A stretch of 64,000 bases of DNA from Amphiscolops sp. MND2022 (taxonomy: Eukaryota), in NCBI GenBank assembly GCA_964187785.1, contig OZ076409.1, positions 26,662,001-26,726,000 of the forward strand. Reading direction: 5' to 3'. The notes under the pieces were generated by a model, which worked only from the letters and a program-made list of their open reading frames with translations, was not told the origin of the DNA and did not search any database. Position numbers and translations under genes: made by a program. This document shows, in pieces, positions 63,167-64,000 of the stretch (positions within the stretch are counted from its first letter, which is position 1; each line of letters begins with the position of its first letter).

Positions 63167-63640
63167 TTTTAGTCGGCGCTTTTCTTTAGAAAAGAGTCGA
63201 CTATAGTCATGGCTTTTCGTCAGTGTTTTTTTAAGACCACCTGAATTGACCAAAATAGTTCTACCAAAAGTTCTACAAAATTTTCAGAAGATGCCAAAAT
63301 GTACCTGTTGGCCCAAGGAACTGAACCAAAAAAGTTTCCCGCGTAACATACAATACCGGACGAGACCAAAGGGTCCATTGTTTCGGCACTGTGCGACTTT
63401 TTTCAAAAAAACTTTTTCCCACGAAAGGCCCACCTTCAATTTTTTTGGAGTTTTGCAACAGAATGGATGTTAAAAAATCCCAAAGGGTCCTCCCTTTCAG
63501 TTTTTTTCGGCATTGTGAGACTTTTCTTCAATTTTTTTCATAAAAGTAGTCCCAATTCACCAATACTTGGAAATTTTGAAGTCCTTTTGCTATTTTTGAG
63601 CCTTGGATATGGCGCCGACTTGGGCCGTTCCCGGCTTGTT
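63167..63640 (+). mobile_element. Helentron/DINE-1-like element, family A
   Basis: ttttAGTCGGCGC...GTCGACTAT start; GCGCCGACTtggGCCGttccCGGCTTGTT end with hairpin. Confidence 0.88.
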
Positions 63641-64000
63641 GAAAAGTACTGAGAGTATATTTCTCCCGATCAAAATAAGACATACAGCAGTGATTATAAG
63701 GTCAAGACAATGAGAGAGTTGGACAAGGACATATGGACCCGAGATAACGTATAGTTGTCGAGACCTTGTATAATGCCGTGCAAGGTGTTTAGAAGGCGTA
63801 TAAGTACATTGGAACCTTGCAAACTATGTTTAATTTTATACACGTAGGTTCCTAATGCGATTGAATTTATAGTCTTAATTAAACAGACTTTTAGTGAGTG
63901 TTTTATCAAGTTTCTGGAAATTAAGGAACTTTGTAGCGGAATTTGAACTTCGTTTTAACATTGGTCGAATAATTGGTATCGTTCTTATTGTTTCCAAATG

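Overview
AT-rich, repeat-dense eukaryotic DNA, most likely from an invertebrate animal; the species cannot be fixed from sequence alone. I read one spliced host gene running across almost the whole window on the minus strand. Four exons (61078-60833, 49687-49395, 48498-48238, 47780-47533) encode at least seven LDL-receptor class A (LDLa) repeats. They join with matching intron phase, across a ~33 kb intron, to a ShK-toxin-like exon (14559-14376) and five exons of a DEG/ENaC (amiloride-sensitive Na+ channel) ectodomain that ends at the start of TM2 (6151). The N-terminal/TM1 exons and the exon for the rest of TM2 were not found in the window. The large intron holds two complete LTR retrotransposons 55 bp apart. 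The first is a giant 18.4 kb Ty3/Gypsy element (18027-36401, + strand, 271-bp LTRs, GTTG target-site duplication) with gag-pol, a class III (chuvirus/herpes gB-like) envelope gene and three extra ORFs, two of them behind splice-acceptor-like sites, i.e. a complex endogenous-retrovirus-like layout. The second is a 6.5 kb Gypsy element (36457-42952, - strand, 171-bp LTRs, AATAC TSD). Both carry stops and frameshifts. The other introns contain two families of Helentron/DINE-1-like non-autonomous elements (several with tRNA-like Pol III boxes), TIR MITEs, minisatellites and a ~183-bp satellite. All exon joins were read by eye and need transcript confirmation.
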